A DNA stretch of 64,000 bases from an uncultured Actinomycetes bacterium (GCA_963704885.1 CAVPIB010000004.1:992001-1056000); one strand, 5' to 3'. Shown: positions 39,452 to 50,079, counted from the stretch's first letter. Numbers and translations: made by a program. The notes: a model not told the origin generated them from the sequence alone.

Positions 39452-40384
39452 TCAACCGGCGGGCGCGGGCGACTCCGGTTCTTCGAAGGTGTCGGCGAGC
39501 GGTCGCGATCGCTGACGCAGCAGCACGACCGCCGTCGATCCCAACACCATCAGTCCTCCGACGATCACGGGGGTGGTGAGCTGCTCATCCAGCAACGCCC
39601 ACGCGGCGATAGAGCCGACGATCGGCTGGGTCTGGGTGATGAGCGAGCCCAGCCACGCCTCCACGAACCGGTGCGACCAAGCGACCATCAGATGGCCGAG
39701 CATCCCGGGCACGAGCGTCACCAGCCAGATCCAGGCCCAATCGACGCGCCGCGGAAGGGCGAGGCCCTGTCCTGAAGCCACGGCGAAGACGGTCATCAAC
39801 ATGGCCGACACCAGCATGACGCTCGCCATGTACTCCAGAGCTCCCACGCCGGACCTAACCCTCTTGGAGAACAGCCAGTACCCGGTCCACGACAACACGC
39901 TGATCCCGGCGAACACGTCGCCCCAGGCACCGGAGGTTGGCGAGCCCGCCGATCCGATCGCCACGATCGCCACGCCCAGGAACGACGTGGCGATGAAGAC
40001 CAGATCGCGGCGCCCGACGCGCTCCCCGAACCATCTCGCTGCGCCTATCGCGATGAGCACCGGAGCCAGGGCCCCGATGATCGTGGCGTTGGCGACGCTC
40101 GTGAGCTGGAACGCCAGGAAGCTGCACCCGATGTCGATCGCGAAGACGACGCCGCCCAACGCGCAGGTCCGCAAGGTCGTCCAAGGCAGGCGCCGGCCGG
40201 TCATCGCGAACACGGCGACGTAGACGAGCACTCCCATCCAGAGGCGGTACGCGGCGAAAGACAGTGCCGGCATCTCCGTCTGCTTCAAGATCAGCGGGAC
40301 GAGTCCCCACGCGACCGTGGCGAAGGACAAGGCCATGATCCCGGCGGTTCTCCGATCAGGCCCCGTTCGCGTCTCGGTGGACAT
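39452..40384 (-). CDS. DMT/EamA transporter
   Basis: About 10 TMs in two EamA repeats. Confidence 0.9.
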   Translation of the reverse strand: MSTETRTGPDRRTAGIMALSFATVAWGLVPLILKQTEMPALSFAAYRLWMGVLVYVAVFAMTGRRLPWTTLRTCALGGVVFAIDIGCSFLAFQLTSVANATIIGALAPVLIAIGAARWFGERVGRRDLVFIATSFLGVAIVAIGSAGSPTSGAWGDVFAGISVLSWTGYWLFSKRVRSGVGALEYMASVMLVSAMLMTVFAVASGQGLALPRRVDWAWIWLVTLVPGMLGHLMVAWSHRFVEAWLGSLITQTQPIVGSIAAWALLDEQLTTPVIVGGLMVLGSTAVVLLRQRSRPLADTFEEPESPAPAG

Positions 40385-40444
40385 CGCCCGACGCTACCAG
40401 CGCGGCCCGCGCCGACCTGGACGCACCCGATAGCATCAACCGGA

Positions 40445-41410
40445 ATGGGCCTCGGATCCGATCCGTTCGCCGCCGACGGGGAGTGGCTGAAGACCGCTCT
40501 GCACACCCACACGTCCGTCTCCGACGGCGAGCTGGAGCCGGGAGCCGTTGCGGCGCACTACGAGTGGGCTGGGTTCGATGTCTTGGCGATCACTGATCAT
40601 TGGACCCTCACGTATCTCCCTTCAACCGAGAACCTCCTCGTCATCACGGGCGCCGAGCTCGCCGTCGATCCGATGGGACCGGGTCGCTACACGGAGATCT
40701 TGGCCATCGGCATCGACGACATCCCCCAGGATCCAGGCGGGGATCGCGCCCACTGGGAGACGATCGACGGCTACGAGTTCAAGACGTTCCCGGATCTCAC
40801 GGTGGCGGCGGCCAACATCACGGGACAGGGAGGTGCCGCCTTCGTGGCGCATCCCTATTGGAGCGGACTCACGCCCGAGGTCATCTTGGAGGCGCAGGGG
40901 CTCACTGGCATCGAGCTCTTCAACGCATCGTCGCACCGCGAGAACGACCGCGGCGATTCCTCCTACATCTGGGACCTAGCGCTCGAGGCCGGTATGTCGC
41001 TCTCAGGGATCGCCGCCGATGACAGCCACTACCCGCTGTTCGACATCGGTGACGCCTGGACCATGGTGCGTGCCGCGGAGCGCACGCAGGAGGCCGTGCT
41101 CGATGCGCTCCGAGAACACCGGACCTACGCGTCGAGTGGCCCGGTCATGCACGACGTCGCTCGCGAGGGGAACGTCGTCGAGGTGAGATGCAGCCCGTGC
41201 CCGTCGGTCGTGTTGCACTCGCGTTACCAGGAGGGCTGGTCGGTGCGCGCCGACCATCGTGGGCGCCAAGAGTCCGCGCGGATCCTGGAGCGAGACGACC
41301 GAGGGATGATCGTTCGCGCTTCGTTCCAGCCGCCGGTCGACGACCTGCCGTTCGTCCGCGTGGTGGCGACCGACGAGCAGGGTCGATCCGCCTGGACGAA
41401 CCCCGTCTAG
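40445..41410 (+). CDS. PHP-domain metallohydrolase (CehA/McbA-like)
   Basis: LHTHT..SDG, ITDH, AHP, IELFN, DDSH. Confidence 0.88.
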   Translation: MGLGSDPFAADGEWLKTALHTHTSVSDGELEPGAVAAHYEWAGFDVLAITDHWTLTYLPSTENLLVITGAELAVDPMGPGRYTEILAIGIDDIPQDPGGDRAHWETIDGYEFKTFPDLTVAAANITGQGGAAFVAHPYWSGLTPEVILEAQGLTGIELFNASSHRENDRGDSSYIWDLALEAGMSLSGIAADDSHYPLFDIGDAWTMVRAAERTQEAVLDALREHRTYASSGPVMHDVAREGNVVEVRCSPCPSVVLHSRYQEGWSVRADHRGRQESARILERDDRGMIVRASFQPPVDDLPFVRVVATDEQGRSAWTNPV

Positions 41411-42231
41411 GTCTGGTCCTCGGGCACCGTCGTCGCGGCCGGAGGCTCGGGCACGACGGGTGGCTCGGCTGCCTGGGGTGCGGACTCGGCTACGACTGGC
41501 ATCTCGGATACCGGCGGCGCCTCCAGAGTTGCGCCATCGGACGGGCCGTCGGCTGTCGCCGCGGATCTGCGACGCATCATCAGCACCGCTCCGATCACGA
41601 CGAGCACCGCGACCGCAGCGATCACGATCCACAGCACCGGGGACGAGGACGAGCCCGACGGGATCGCACTCGCCTGTGCCTGAAGCTCGGTCCGTTCCCC
41701 CAACTTCGGCGTCCAGGAAACCGTGTTCCCGTTGATCTCGCCGTTGGACGACGCCACCGGGCCAGGGAACGTGATCGAGATGCTGATATCCGCCGAAGAC
41801 AGCGCGTTCTGCACGGCCTCGTTCGCGTCCGCGCCACCGGTGTCGTTCGTCATATCGAGCGCGCCGGTCACCGTGAAGACGTCGCCCTCGCGCGCGATCT
41901 TCAGCGCGTCCGCGTCCTCCAACTCGCTGAGCGCTGCGATCGGCACTCCGTCGAACGTGATCTCCTGCCCGACGAACGTGTCGTCCTCGTAGTCAGAGGT
42001 CGTCAGTCCTTCCGTGCCTTCGGGGGCGATCGTGTCGCCGCCGAAGATCTCATCTACCGGTTGGCCGCTGAGCGCGAGCAGCTGCTTGTCGACGGCGACG
42101 ATCGCCGAACCGCTAACGGTGTTGTCCGTGGAGACCGTCAGATCCATGTTGAGCTTGATGCAGCTCGAGAGCAGTATCACGAGCCCCGCTACCGCGAGCA
42201 TCCTGCCCGCCATCGAGTTGGTCCGCTTCAT
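41407..42231 (-). CDS. LppM-like lipoprotein with C-terminal TM
   Basis: LLSSC lipobox, TFPGPV..SNG, C-terminal TM and Pro-rich tail. Confidence 0.8.
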   Translation of the reverse strand: MKRTNSMAGRMLAVAGLVILLSSCIKLNMDLTVSTDNTVSGSAIVAVDKQLLALSGQPVDEIFGGDTIAPEGTEGLTTSDYEDDTFVGQEITFDGVPIAALSELEDADALKIAREGDVFTVTGALDMTNDTGGADANEAVQNALSSADISISITFPGPVASSNGEINGNTVSWTPKLGERTELQAQASAIPSGSSSSPVLWIVIAAVAVLVVIGAVLMMRRRSAATADGPSDGATLEAPPVSEMPVVAESAPQAAEPPVVPEPPAATTVPEDQT

Positions 42232-42378
42232 GGGAGCTCCCATTCGATCCGGATCGTTCGCTCGATTATCAGCCCACTTGAGGCCCTCACCTCGCAAGGG
42301 AGGGGTCTCGGAAGCTAGCCCAACTGACCGCGACGCTGCGTCCGACCGCATCGGCCGCGAACCTCGTAGTCTCGGCGC

Positions 42379-42878
42379 GTGACTTCGGCAGGATGGCAGG
42401 TCGCGCAGGTGAACATCGCGCTCCACGGGCACCCATCGACTCGCCGCAACTCGCGGACTTCGTCGCGTTGCTCGAACCCATCAACGAACTGGCTGATCAC
42501 AGTCCCGGGTTCGTCTGGCGCCTTCAGACCGAGGACGGCGACGCCACCGCGGTCCGCGCGTTCGACGACGATCGGATCATCGTGAACATGTCGGTGTGGG
42601 GATCCCTCGACGATCTGGGGACGTTCGTCTACGCCACCGGCCATCTTGAGGTCCTGCGTCGCCGTCGCGAGTGGTTCGCGCGCATGGCCGAGTCTCACCT
42701 CGCGCTCTGGTGGGTTCCCGCCGGGACGCTGCCCGATGTGGCCGAAGCCGAACGCAGGCTGGCGCACCTCCAAGAGCACGGCGCCTCGCCGCACGCGTTC
42801 ACTCTCCGCGAGCCATACCCACCGCCGAACGCGGTCTCGCCGATCACTCCCGACGATCGCTGGGTTTGCCCCGTCTAG
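42379..42878 (+). CDS. DUF3291 protein, one apparent frameshift at ~42423
   Basis: AQVNIA in one frame; RAPIDSPQLADF...PGFVWRL...NMSVW in the next. Confidence 0.85.
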
Positions 42879-42884
42879 AGCCCG

Positions 42885-44435
42885 TCAGTCCCGGACGGTG
42901 AACCAGGAACGCGCCAAGACACGGTAACCATCGTCGGCTAGCAGGTAGACGCTGTACTTGCCGGCTCGAAGCGGCCACGGGCCATAGGAGTGGGCGTCCA
43001 GGACCGCGGATCCCTGGATCGACGCGTTCGTGTAGAACCACAGGAGGTACGAGGCGACGTTCGGATCGGCTCCCCGCCTGTAGACGCCGATCCAGTCCCA
43101 TCTCTGACCGGGCGTGTTGGCCCACCACACGCGGATCGACTCGCCAGTCCCGAACACGCGCTCGGACACGAGCACCTGCGGCTTGGCTCCGGGCAGGCTC
43201 ACCCAGAACCGCGTGCGCGAACGAACCTGACCGCCGTCGAGCAGGAGGGCCACGTATGTTCCAGGCTCCCAACCGTCGGTCGGCACCGCGACGGTGCCAT
43301 CGGTGGCACCGCCGGTCGATACCTCGAAGAGCGGCGCCGCCGGGTCACCGCCCGCACGGATGACCGCCACCTCCTCGTCGGATCCGCCCGATCCGTGGAA
43401 CGTGACCTGTTGGTCGTCTCCGACCCCTAACAACCGGCTGCCCGCCGCGACGAAGATCGGCGGAGCGCCCGGCGTCGCGGAGAACGTCGAGACAACGGCA
43501 CGGTGATCGGTCCCCCAGGGGTCCACCGAAAGGGTCACGCCGGGACCTCCGGGCTCGCCAACCAGCTCGCTCTGCAGCGTCTGCGCCGGACCCGCCGCGT
43601 ACACGTAGTCGATCCGGTCCTGCGGCGCGTGCGGCCCCGGGTTCCAGCCGTCGTCCGTGTCTGGGCGTTCCGACGGCCAGGTGAGACCCGGGTCGGTCAC
43701 GGGATCGGGGTGCGCCTCGTGCCAGGAGTCGACGAATCCAGCCTTCTCCACGAACGCGCTCACCGGCCAGCGAACCGGATACGTGATCTGGGGCCGAAGC
43801 CCCACGGTGTCAGTGGTCCAGTCGTGGAGCGACGGCGCGTTGAAGTCCCCGGTGAGGAAGACTGGGATGTCCAGGCCCGCGAGCTCCGAGAGCGCCACGA
43901 CGCTGGGCGTCACGGCAGGCACCCGGACACGCCGCTCGATCTCCAAGATCTGGCTCCGAGGGGCGCCGCGCCTGGTCAGGTTGGGGCTGTAAGGACCGGC
44001 GGGCAGATGGACGTTGCCGATCGCCACCACTTGACCCGGGGCGATCTGCACGAAGAGATACAGGCCGTCGCCGCCGGCTGGATCGATCAGTGGATACCGC
44101 GAGATCACCTGGAGGCGCTCGTTGTAGTACGGATAACCGAGCGTCTTCGCCAGCCGGTCGATGTTGCCCTGCCCTTCCTGCAGACCCACCACGTCGGCAT
44201 CGGCCACCTGCACCCCTTGCACGATGCTGTGGAAGCTGATGACGGTGCCGCCGTACTCCATGTTGAACGTCATGACCTTGAGGTCCAAAGGAGCGGCGCT
44301 GCCGAGCGCGGGCCGGGGTACCGTGGGTCGCGCCGAGGCGGGGACCGCGGCGATGCCGGACGACAGGGCCATCACGATCGCGAACGTGGCCAGGGAGCGG
44401 AGCCGAACGCGGGGGGTCGTCACGGCCGACATCAT
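42885..44435 (-). CDS. Secreted endonuclease/exonuclease/phosphatase family protein with C-terminal beta domains
   Basis: TFN, LQE, HL, GDFN, RIDY, DH, then DWIGVY domain. Confidence 0.88.
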   Translation of the reverse strand: MMSAVTTPRVRLRSLATFAIVMALSSGIAAVPASARPTVPRPALGSAAPLDLKVMTFNMEYGGTVISFHSIVQGVQVADADVVGLQEGQGNIDRLAKTLGYPYYNERLQVISRYPLIDPAGGDGLYLFVQIAPGQVVAIGNVHLPAGPYSPNLTRRGAPRSQILEIERRVRVPAVTPSVVALSELAGLDIPVFLTGDFNAPSLHDWTTDTVGLRPQITYPVRWPVSAFVEKAGFVDSWHEAHPDPVTDPGLTWPSERPDTDDGWNPGPHAPQDRIDYVYAAGPAQTLQSELVGEPGGPGVTLSVDPWGTDHRAVVSTFSATPGAPPIFVAAGSRLLGVGDDQQVTFHGSGGSDEEVAVIRAGGDPAAPLFEVSTGGATDGTVAVPTDGWEPGTYVALLLDGGQVRSRTRFWVSLPGAKPQVLVSERVFGTGESIRVWWANTPGQRWDWIGVYRRGADPNVASYLLWFYTNASIQGSAVLDAHSYGPWPLRAGKYSVYLLADDGYRVLARSWFTVRD

Positions 44436-44479
44436 GCCCCTCGGGCCGACGGCCGGGCAAGCGAGCGCGTGACACGGGA

Positions 44480-46186
44480 GTGACCGACGGGCACACTGCC
44501 CCGATGGATGCGGAGGGACCCGCCGAGCTGGCGTTCGTTAACGGGGCAGTGCAAACGGTCGATGGCTCGAACACCCGCGCGCAGGCGGTTGCCGTTCGCA
44601 ACGGCCGGATAGCGGCGGTCGGCTCGAACGACCTGATACGCGGGTCCAGCGGGCGTGCCACCGAGACGATCGACTTGGCGGGCCGCTCCCTGCTCCCGGG
44701 GTTCCAGGACGCGCACATCCACCCTGGGGGCGGCGGCCTCGACCGTCTGCGGTGTGACCTCAGCCAGGTCCATGCGTTAGACCGCTACTTCGCTCTGATC
44801 CGTGCATACGCGGACACGCATCCCGACCAGCCGTGGATCCTGGGCGGCGGATGGGCAATGGACGTCTTCCCCGGCGGCACACCGGACCGCGCCGTGCTCG
44901 ACGCCGTGGTGCCGGACAGGCCGGTGTTCCTGACGAATCGAGACAGCCATGCGGCCTGGGTGAACAGCGCCGCGTTGCGCCTCGCGCGCATCGACGCGTC
45001 GACGCCCGACCCCGCCGACGGGAGGATCGAGCGGAACGCATCGGGCGAGCCGCAAGGCACGTTGCAGGAGGGGGCTATGTCGCTCGTCAAGCGGCACGTC
45101 CCGCCTGTCGCGGCCGCCGACATCGAGCGCGGCATCCTGTTGGCGCAGGAGTACCTGCACTCGCTCGGCATCACCGCTTGGCAGGACGCGATCGTCGGCG
45201 ACGGCTATCCCCCGTTCCCGAACGCCCGCGACGTTTACCCCTCGCTGGCTGCGCGTGGCGTCCTCACCGCTCGTGTGGTGGGGGCGCTGTGGTGGGACCG
45301 CGCTCGCGGTCTGGAGCAGGTCGATGAGCTGATCGAGGTGCGCGAGCGGACGACCGGCGGACGCTACCGCGCAACCAGCGTCAAGATCATGCAGGACGGT
45401 GTGATCGAGAACCTCACCGCCTGCATGCTCCACCCGTACCTCGACCCCACCGGGACGAAAGACAACCGCGGCCTCGCCTATGTAGATCCGGGCGAGCTGC
45501 CCCGCTTCGTCACGCGCCTGGACGCCGAGGACTTCCAGGTGCACGTCCACGCGATCGGCGACAGGGCGGTCCGCGACACGCTGGATGCGTTCCAAGCGGC
45601 TCGAGACGCGAACGGCGTCCGCGACAACCGACACCACATGGCCCATCTGCAGGTCGTGCACCCCGACGACATGCCCCGGTTCGGCGCGCTCGGTGTCACA
45701 GCGAACGGCCAGCCGCTGTGGGCCTCCAACGACCCGGCCATGGTCGATCTGACCCTCCCCGTGATCGGCCCAGAGCGAGGCACCTGGCAGTACCCGTTCG
45801 GCGGCCTGCTTCGCGCCGGCGCCACCCTGGCGTTCGGTAGCGACTGGCCGGTCTCGTCGCCCGACGTCCTGGAGGAGATCCACGTGGCGGTGAACCGGAC
45901 CACGCCTCCCGGGTTCCTGTACGCGAGCGGAGCCGCGGTCGAGGAGGAGCCGTTCCTGCCCGAACATCGGATCACGCTCGAGCAGGCGGTGAGGGCGTTC
46001 ACCATGGGGTCGGCGTTCGTGAACCACCTGGACGACCGAACCGGATCGATCGAGGTCGGGAAGCTCGCCGACCTGGTGGTCCTGTCGGAGGACCTGTTCG
46101 GGCTGGAGCCGGCCCACATCACGAAGGCGAAGGTCGACATGACGTTCGTGGACGGCCGTGCGGTCTACGAGCGAACGGGATCGTGA
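44480..46186 (+). CDS. Amidohydrolase 3 (YtcJ-like)
   Basis: PGFQDAHIH, HAIGD, H.Q, GSDWPV, GKLADLVVL. The start may be a few codons later. Confidence 0.92.
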   Translation: MTDGHTAPMDAEGPAELAFVNGAVQTVDGSNTRAQAVAVRNGRIAAVGSNDLIRGSSGRATETIDLAGRSLLPGFQDAHIHPGGGGLDRLRCDLSQVHALDRYFALIRAYADTHPDQPWILGGGWAMDVFPGGTPDRAVLDAVVPDRPVFLTNRDSHAAWVNSAALRLARIDASTPDPADGRIERNASGEPQGTLQEGAMSLVKRHVPPVAAADIERGILLAQEYLHSLGITAWQDAIVGDGYPPFPNARDVYPSLAARGVLTARVVGALWWDRARGLEQVDELIEVRERTTGGRYRATSVKIMQDGVIENLTACMLHPYLDPTGTKDNRGLAYVDPGELPRFVTRLDAEDFQVHVHAIGDRAVRDTLDAFQAARDANGVRDNRHHMAHLQVVHPDDMPRFGALGVTANGQPLWASNDPAMVDLTLPVIGPERGTWQYPFGGLLRAGATLAFGSDWPVSSPDVLEEIHVAVNRTTPPGFLYASGAAVEEEPFLPEHRITLEQAVRAFTMGSAFVNHLDDRTGSIEVGKLADLVVLSEDLFGLEPAHITKAKVDMTFVDGRAVYERTGS

Positions 46187-46203
46187 GATGAGGAGGCGAG
46201 GGT

Positions 46204-46776
46204 ATGGCCGAGGTTCACGTCCTGAGTGAGGGCTACATCCGCGAGGGCGACATAGAGCTCCGAGTAGGCTCCACCGTCGGGTTCGTGAGGGACGGCGACA
46301 CGTTGGTCGTGATCGACCCAGGGATGGTTCCCGGCGTCGGGTCGATCCTGGACCCGCTCACGACGCTGGGTGTCGCCGCCGGCGACGTCACGGACGTGGT
46401 GATCTCACATCACCATCCCGATCACACCGTCAACGTCGCGCTCTTCCCGCGAGCACAGATCCACGACCACTGGGCGACCTACCGGGACGATCTGTGGATC
46501 TCACGCCCGGCCGAGGGGTTCGACGTTTCGCCCAACGTCTCGCTGATCGAGACCCCGGGGCACACGCCTCAGGACATCACGACCCTCGTGGAGACCGATG
46601 AGGGCGTGGTGGCCTTCACGCACCTGTGGTGGATGGCCGAAGGGCCCGCCGATGACCCGTACGCCCCGGATCTGGCGCTCCTGAGGAGCAGCCGGGCCCG
46701 GGTTCTCGACCTGGCAACGGCGATCGTTCCCGGGCACGGCCCGATGTTCACCCCCAACGACTTCACGCCGCGCTGA
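46204..46776 (+). CDS. MBL-fold metallo-hydrolase
   Basis: SHHHPDH, TPGHT, PGH. AGGAGG SD. Confidence 0.9.
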   Translation: MAEVHVLSEGYIREGDIELRVGSTVGFVRDGDTLVVIDPGMVPGVGSILDPLTTLGVAAGDVTDVVISHHHPDHTVNVALFPRAQIHDHWATYRDDLWISRPAEGFDVSPNVSLIETPGHTPQDITTLVETDEGVVAFTHLWWMAEGPADDPYAPDLALLRSSRARVLDLATAIVPGHGPMFTPNDFTPR

Positions 46777-46807
46777 GGGTCGCTGGGCATAGGATCGCCG
46801 TGCCGGC

Positions 46808-47740
46808 CTAGCCGACGAGTGCGCCCACCCGTTGCACGACGTCGCGGCAGAACGCCGCCACATGTGACCGGTCGTCGATGAACTGCGACGGCTTGATGCA
46901 GATGGTGGTGAAGCCGCGCGCGATCTGTTCTGGGATGGACGCGAGAGCCTGATCCAGGTCGGCCACGCCCGACGCGTCAGAGAACGAGCCGCGCGTCCCG
47001 CCGAGCATCTCCAGCTCGCCCATGTCGCGGCCCGCTTCTTCCATTTCGCGCGCGAGCCGCTCCAGGTCGCCGGGATCGGTGGATCCGAGCGGGTTGAACC
47101 CGCTGCCATACGAGACCAACCGGCGGAGGAGACGCTCGTGCAGCGAGCTGCCGCCGAACCACAGAACGGGACCTGTCGGCCGGAAGGCCTTGGGTTCCAG
47201 GTAAACATCGGCGAACCGGTAGTGTGCCCCTTCGAACGAGGCGGGACTCTGCCCCCACAACGCGCTCCAGGCCGCCAGGTGCTCGTCGAGCAGCTCGCCT
47301 CGTCGCTCGAACGGAACCCCGAGCGCCTCGTACTCGGCCCGATGCCAGCTGACGGTGGGCTGCACGACCAGCCGGCCCTCGCAGAGCAGATCGAGCGTGG
47401 CGAGCTGTTTGGCGATCAGCAGCGGGTGACGAAGGGGTGGGATCACGGAGCCGGCGATCAGCCGCAAGCGGCTGGTCGCCTGCGCGATCGCGGCCAGCAG
47501 TACGAGAGGATCCGGCCACGGAGTGGCCGGATCCTGGTTGCCGACCAAGGCGTAGTCGCGCGGGTTCACCGGAAGGCCGCCAGAGTCCGCGCCACGCCCC
47601 ATGACCACGTGCTCGCTGACCATGACCGCATCGAACCCGGCCTCTTCGGCCGCGACGGCGATCCTGACCAGTCCGCGCAGGTCTCGTGGCGAGGTCATCG
47701 TCCAGTTCTCGCTCAGGAGCAACACGAGTTTGGGCATCAT
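46808..47740 (-). CDS. LLM-class (probable F420-dependent) oxidoreductase
   Basis: AEEAGFD..SEH, DP.V.L, AKQLATLD, EYEALG. Confidence 0.9.
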   Translation of the reverse strand: MMPKLVLLLSENWTMTSPRDLRGLVRIAVAAEEAGFDAVMVSEHVVMGRGADSGGLPVNPRDYALVGNQDPATPWPDPLVLLAAIAQATSRLRLIAGSVIPPLRHPLLIAKQLATLDLLCEGRLVVQPTVSWHRAEYEALGVPFERRGELLDEHLAAWSALWGQSPASFEGAHYRFADVYLEPKAFRPTGPVLWFGGSSLHERLLRRLVSYGSGFNPLGSTDPGDLERLAREMEEAGRDMGELEMLGGTRGSFSDASGVADLDQALASIPEQIARGFTTICIKPSQFIDDRSHVAAFCRDVVQRVGALVG

Positions 47741-47802
47741 CCGGCCATCCTACGGAGACGGCCCACACCCAGGTCGTAGACTCGCCGTTCGCGACCACGA
47801 GG

Positions 47803-49692
47803 GTGGTGACGACCACGGCACGAGCGCTCAGAGCGACGACGGTATTCCTGGCGGTAACGGCGATCATGGGCTCCGCGCTGATCACCCGACCGGTCCTTGC
47901 CGGCTCCTCGCCCTCTCGGACAGCCGGCTCGTCGGGGGGGGGCGGCAACGCTGGACCCCCTCTCCGCGGAGCACAGCCACCAGATTCGCTCCCCGGGATC
48001 GACGTGTCGCACTATCAAGAGACCATCAACTGGACGAAGGTGGCCGCCTCGGGGCGACGGTTCGCGATCGTGAAGGCCACCGACGGGCGTTCGTTCATCG
48101 ACCCGATGTACGCCACGAACAAGGCCGAGGCTACCGCTGCGGGCCTGGTGTTCGGCGCGTACCACTTCGCGCGTCCCGACGGTTCGGCGAACGACGCGGT
48201 CATAGAGGCCAACCACTTCGTAGATGTGGCCCAGCTCGGGCAAGGCGATCTGCTCCCGGTCCTGGACCTGGAGGTGACCGGCGGCCTCACGCCGAAGCGG
48301 CTGATCGGATGGATGCTCTCTTGGTTGGATGAGGTCACCGCCAGGACCGGCGTTAGGCCCATGATCTACACGAGCCCATATGGCTGGGCGTCACGGACCA
48401 ACGACTCGACGGCGATCGTCGACGCGGGCTACACGGTGCTGTGGGTCGCCCATTGGAGGGTGAACGAGCCGACGCTGCCGGCCAACGATTGGCAGGGTCA
48501 CGGCTGGACGTTCTGGCAGCACAGCAACTGCGGCTCCGTCCCCGGGATCAAGGGCTGCGTGGACGCCGACTGGTTCAACGGGTTGTCTTTCGAAGCGGTG
48601 ACGATCCCGTCGCCCGACTCCACTCCCCCGACCGCGACGCTCGCCGTCCCACCCGGCGTGAGCGGATCGGTCGACGTCCGTTTCAGCGAGATCGTGCGCG
48701 GCGTGACCTCCGACAACGTGACGCTCCGTGTGCTGGATACCGGCGAGGACGTACCGTCAGCACTCACGTGCGTCTCGAAGGACGGTCGCACGGTGGACTG
48801 CGCCACGGGGAAGATAGTCAGCGCCACCGTTCAACCGAACGGCCCGTTGATCCCCGGACAGATCTACGCGGCGACGGTGAACCCGTCCGATGCACCCGCT
48901 CCGGTCATGGATCGCAGCGACAACGTCGCGCCCACTACGGAGCAGACCTTCGGCGCCCCCTCCGAGATCGAGCAAGGGAGCGAGGCCGTCACGTACGGCT
49001 GGCGAACGGTGAAGAAGGCGGGCGCGTACGGGGGCTCCTACGTCAGTGAGCACATCGCGGGGGCGACGGCATCGTTCAGCTTCTCCGGCAAGAAGGTCAC
49101 CTGGTTCACCGTGACGGGTCCGAGCCACGGGAAGGCGTCCGTATGGATCGACGGTCGTCCGAAGGGGACGTTCGATCAGTACTCGGCGTCGGTCCACACG
49201 AAGGTAGCCAGATCGTTCACGGGCCTGGCCCGGGGTCCGCACACGATCACGGTTCGCGCGCTCGGTCAGGCGGGGTCGTCCCGCGGAACGGATGCACAGG
49301 TCGCGGTTGACGCCTTCCAAGGGGGCGGGAGGATCATCTGGACGCCGCCGCTCCGAACGACGTGGCAGCGGGCCGCCGTGACCGGCGCATCCGGGGGCAG
49401 CGTCGCCGTCGGCGATCAAGCCCGAACAACGGTCTCGCTCACGTTCCGTGGCAGCGGTGTTCGATGGCAGACCGTTCGCGGTCCCGACCAGGGTCGCGCG
49501 CAGATCTTCATCGACGGCGCGCTGGTGAAGACCTTGGACAACTACTCCGCCGACACCACCACGGGAGTGCTGCGATCGATCACTGGGTTGACGGCGGGCG
49601 TCCACCAACTCTTGATCGTCGTGAAAGGCGAGGCCCGGCCCGCGGCGCATGGGACGAAGATCTCCGTCGACCGGTTCTCGATCCTGGCCTGA
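47803..49692 (+). CDS. GH25 muramidase with Ig-like and two carbohydrate-binding-like domains
   Basis: GIDVSHYQ, KATDG, GAYHF, LDLE, IYTS, LWVAHW, FWQ, VD.D, plus a duplicated F.G..V.W....GP..G.A.I.IDG module. Start approximate. Confidence 0.9.
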   Translation: MVTTTARALRATTVFLAVTAIMGSALITRPVLAGSSPSRTAGSSGGGGNAGPPLRGAQPPDSLPGIDVSHYQETINWTKVAASGRRFAIVKATDGRSFIDPMYATNKAEATAAGLVFGAYHFARPDGSANDAVIEANHFVDVAQLGQGDLLPVLDLEVTGGLTPKRLIGWMLSWLDEVTARTGVRPMIYTSPYGWASRTNDSTAIVDAGYTVLWVAHWRVNEPTLPANDWQGHGWTFWQHSNCGSVPGIKGCVDADWFNGLSFEAVTIPSPDSTPPTATLAVPPGVSGSVDVRFSEIVRGVTSDNVTLRVLDTGEDVPSALTCVSKDGRTVDCATGKIVSATVQPNGPLIPGQIYAATVNPSDAPAPVMDRSDNVAPTTEQTFGAPSEIEQGSEAVTYGWRTVKKAGAYGGSYVSEHIAGATASFSFSGKKVTWFTVTGPSHGKASVWIDGRPKGTFDQYSASVHTKVARSFTGLARGPHTITVRALGQAGSSRGTDAQVAVDAFQGGGRIIWTPPLRTTWQRAAVTGASGGSVAVGDQARTTVSLTFRGSGVRWQTVRGPDQGRAQIFIDGALVKTLDNYSADTTTGVLRSITGLTAGVHQLLIVVKGEARPAAHGTKISVDRFSILA

Positions 49693-49724
49693 CCATCGCC
49701 GATCCGACCAGCCCGCCAAGGTAG

Positions 49725-49856
49725 TACGCTTGATACCTCGGGCAACGCCCCGAGGGTTCGCGTCGCGCGACCGATCGGTGGAAGCCTAAGGCTCCACCTC
49801 CTTCTCCGCCTCGACGGATCAAAGTGTGCCCTCGGGCAGGAATGAAGGGAGCGCCC
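49725..49856 (+). promoter_or_regulatory. Candidate promoter and structured 5' leader
   Basis: TACGCT -10 followed by several hairpins and a GAAGGGAG SD. Confidence 0.45.
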
Positions 49857-50048
49857 ATGGCGACGACGAGCAGCAAGCAGGTCCAGTTCGGTCCTCCGGA
49901 CCGCGGCAAAGATGCGGCGTCTCGCGCCTCCACCGGTCGCCACTGCTCAGAACCTGGCTGTGCCACGGTGCTCTCGACCTACAACGACTCCACCAACTGC
50001 TGGCTGCACTCCGCGCCGTCGTACCGGCATCCGCTAGCTCGACAGTAG
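49857..50048 (+). CDS. Small Cys/His protein (63 aa), possible zinc binder
   Basis: SD, and CSEPGC..VLSTYN....CWLH. Confidence 0.75.
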   Translation: MATTSSKQVQFGPPDRGKDAASRASTGRHCSEPGCATVLSTYNDSTNCWLHSAPSYRHPLARQ

Positions 50049-50079
50049 CGCCACGCCGTGTAAGCCCGATCGACGCCGG

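Noticed and set aside
49725-49856. c-di-GMP or c-di-AMP riboswitch
   Set aside because: The signature segments (GCAAA/GNRA-receptor; GCTGAATCC...GGGGAAC) are absent.
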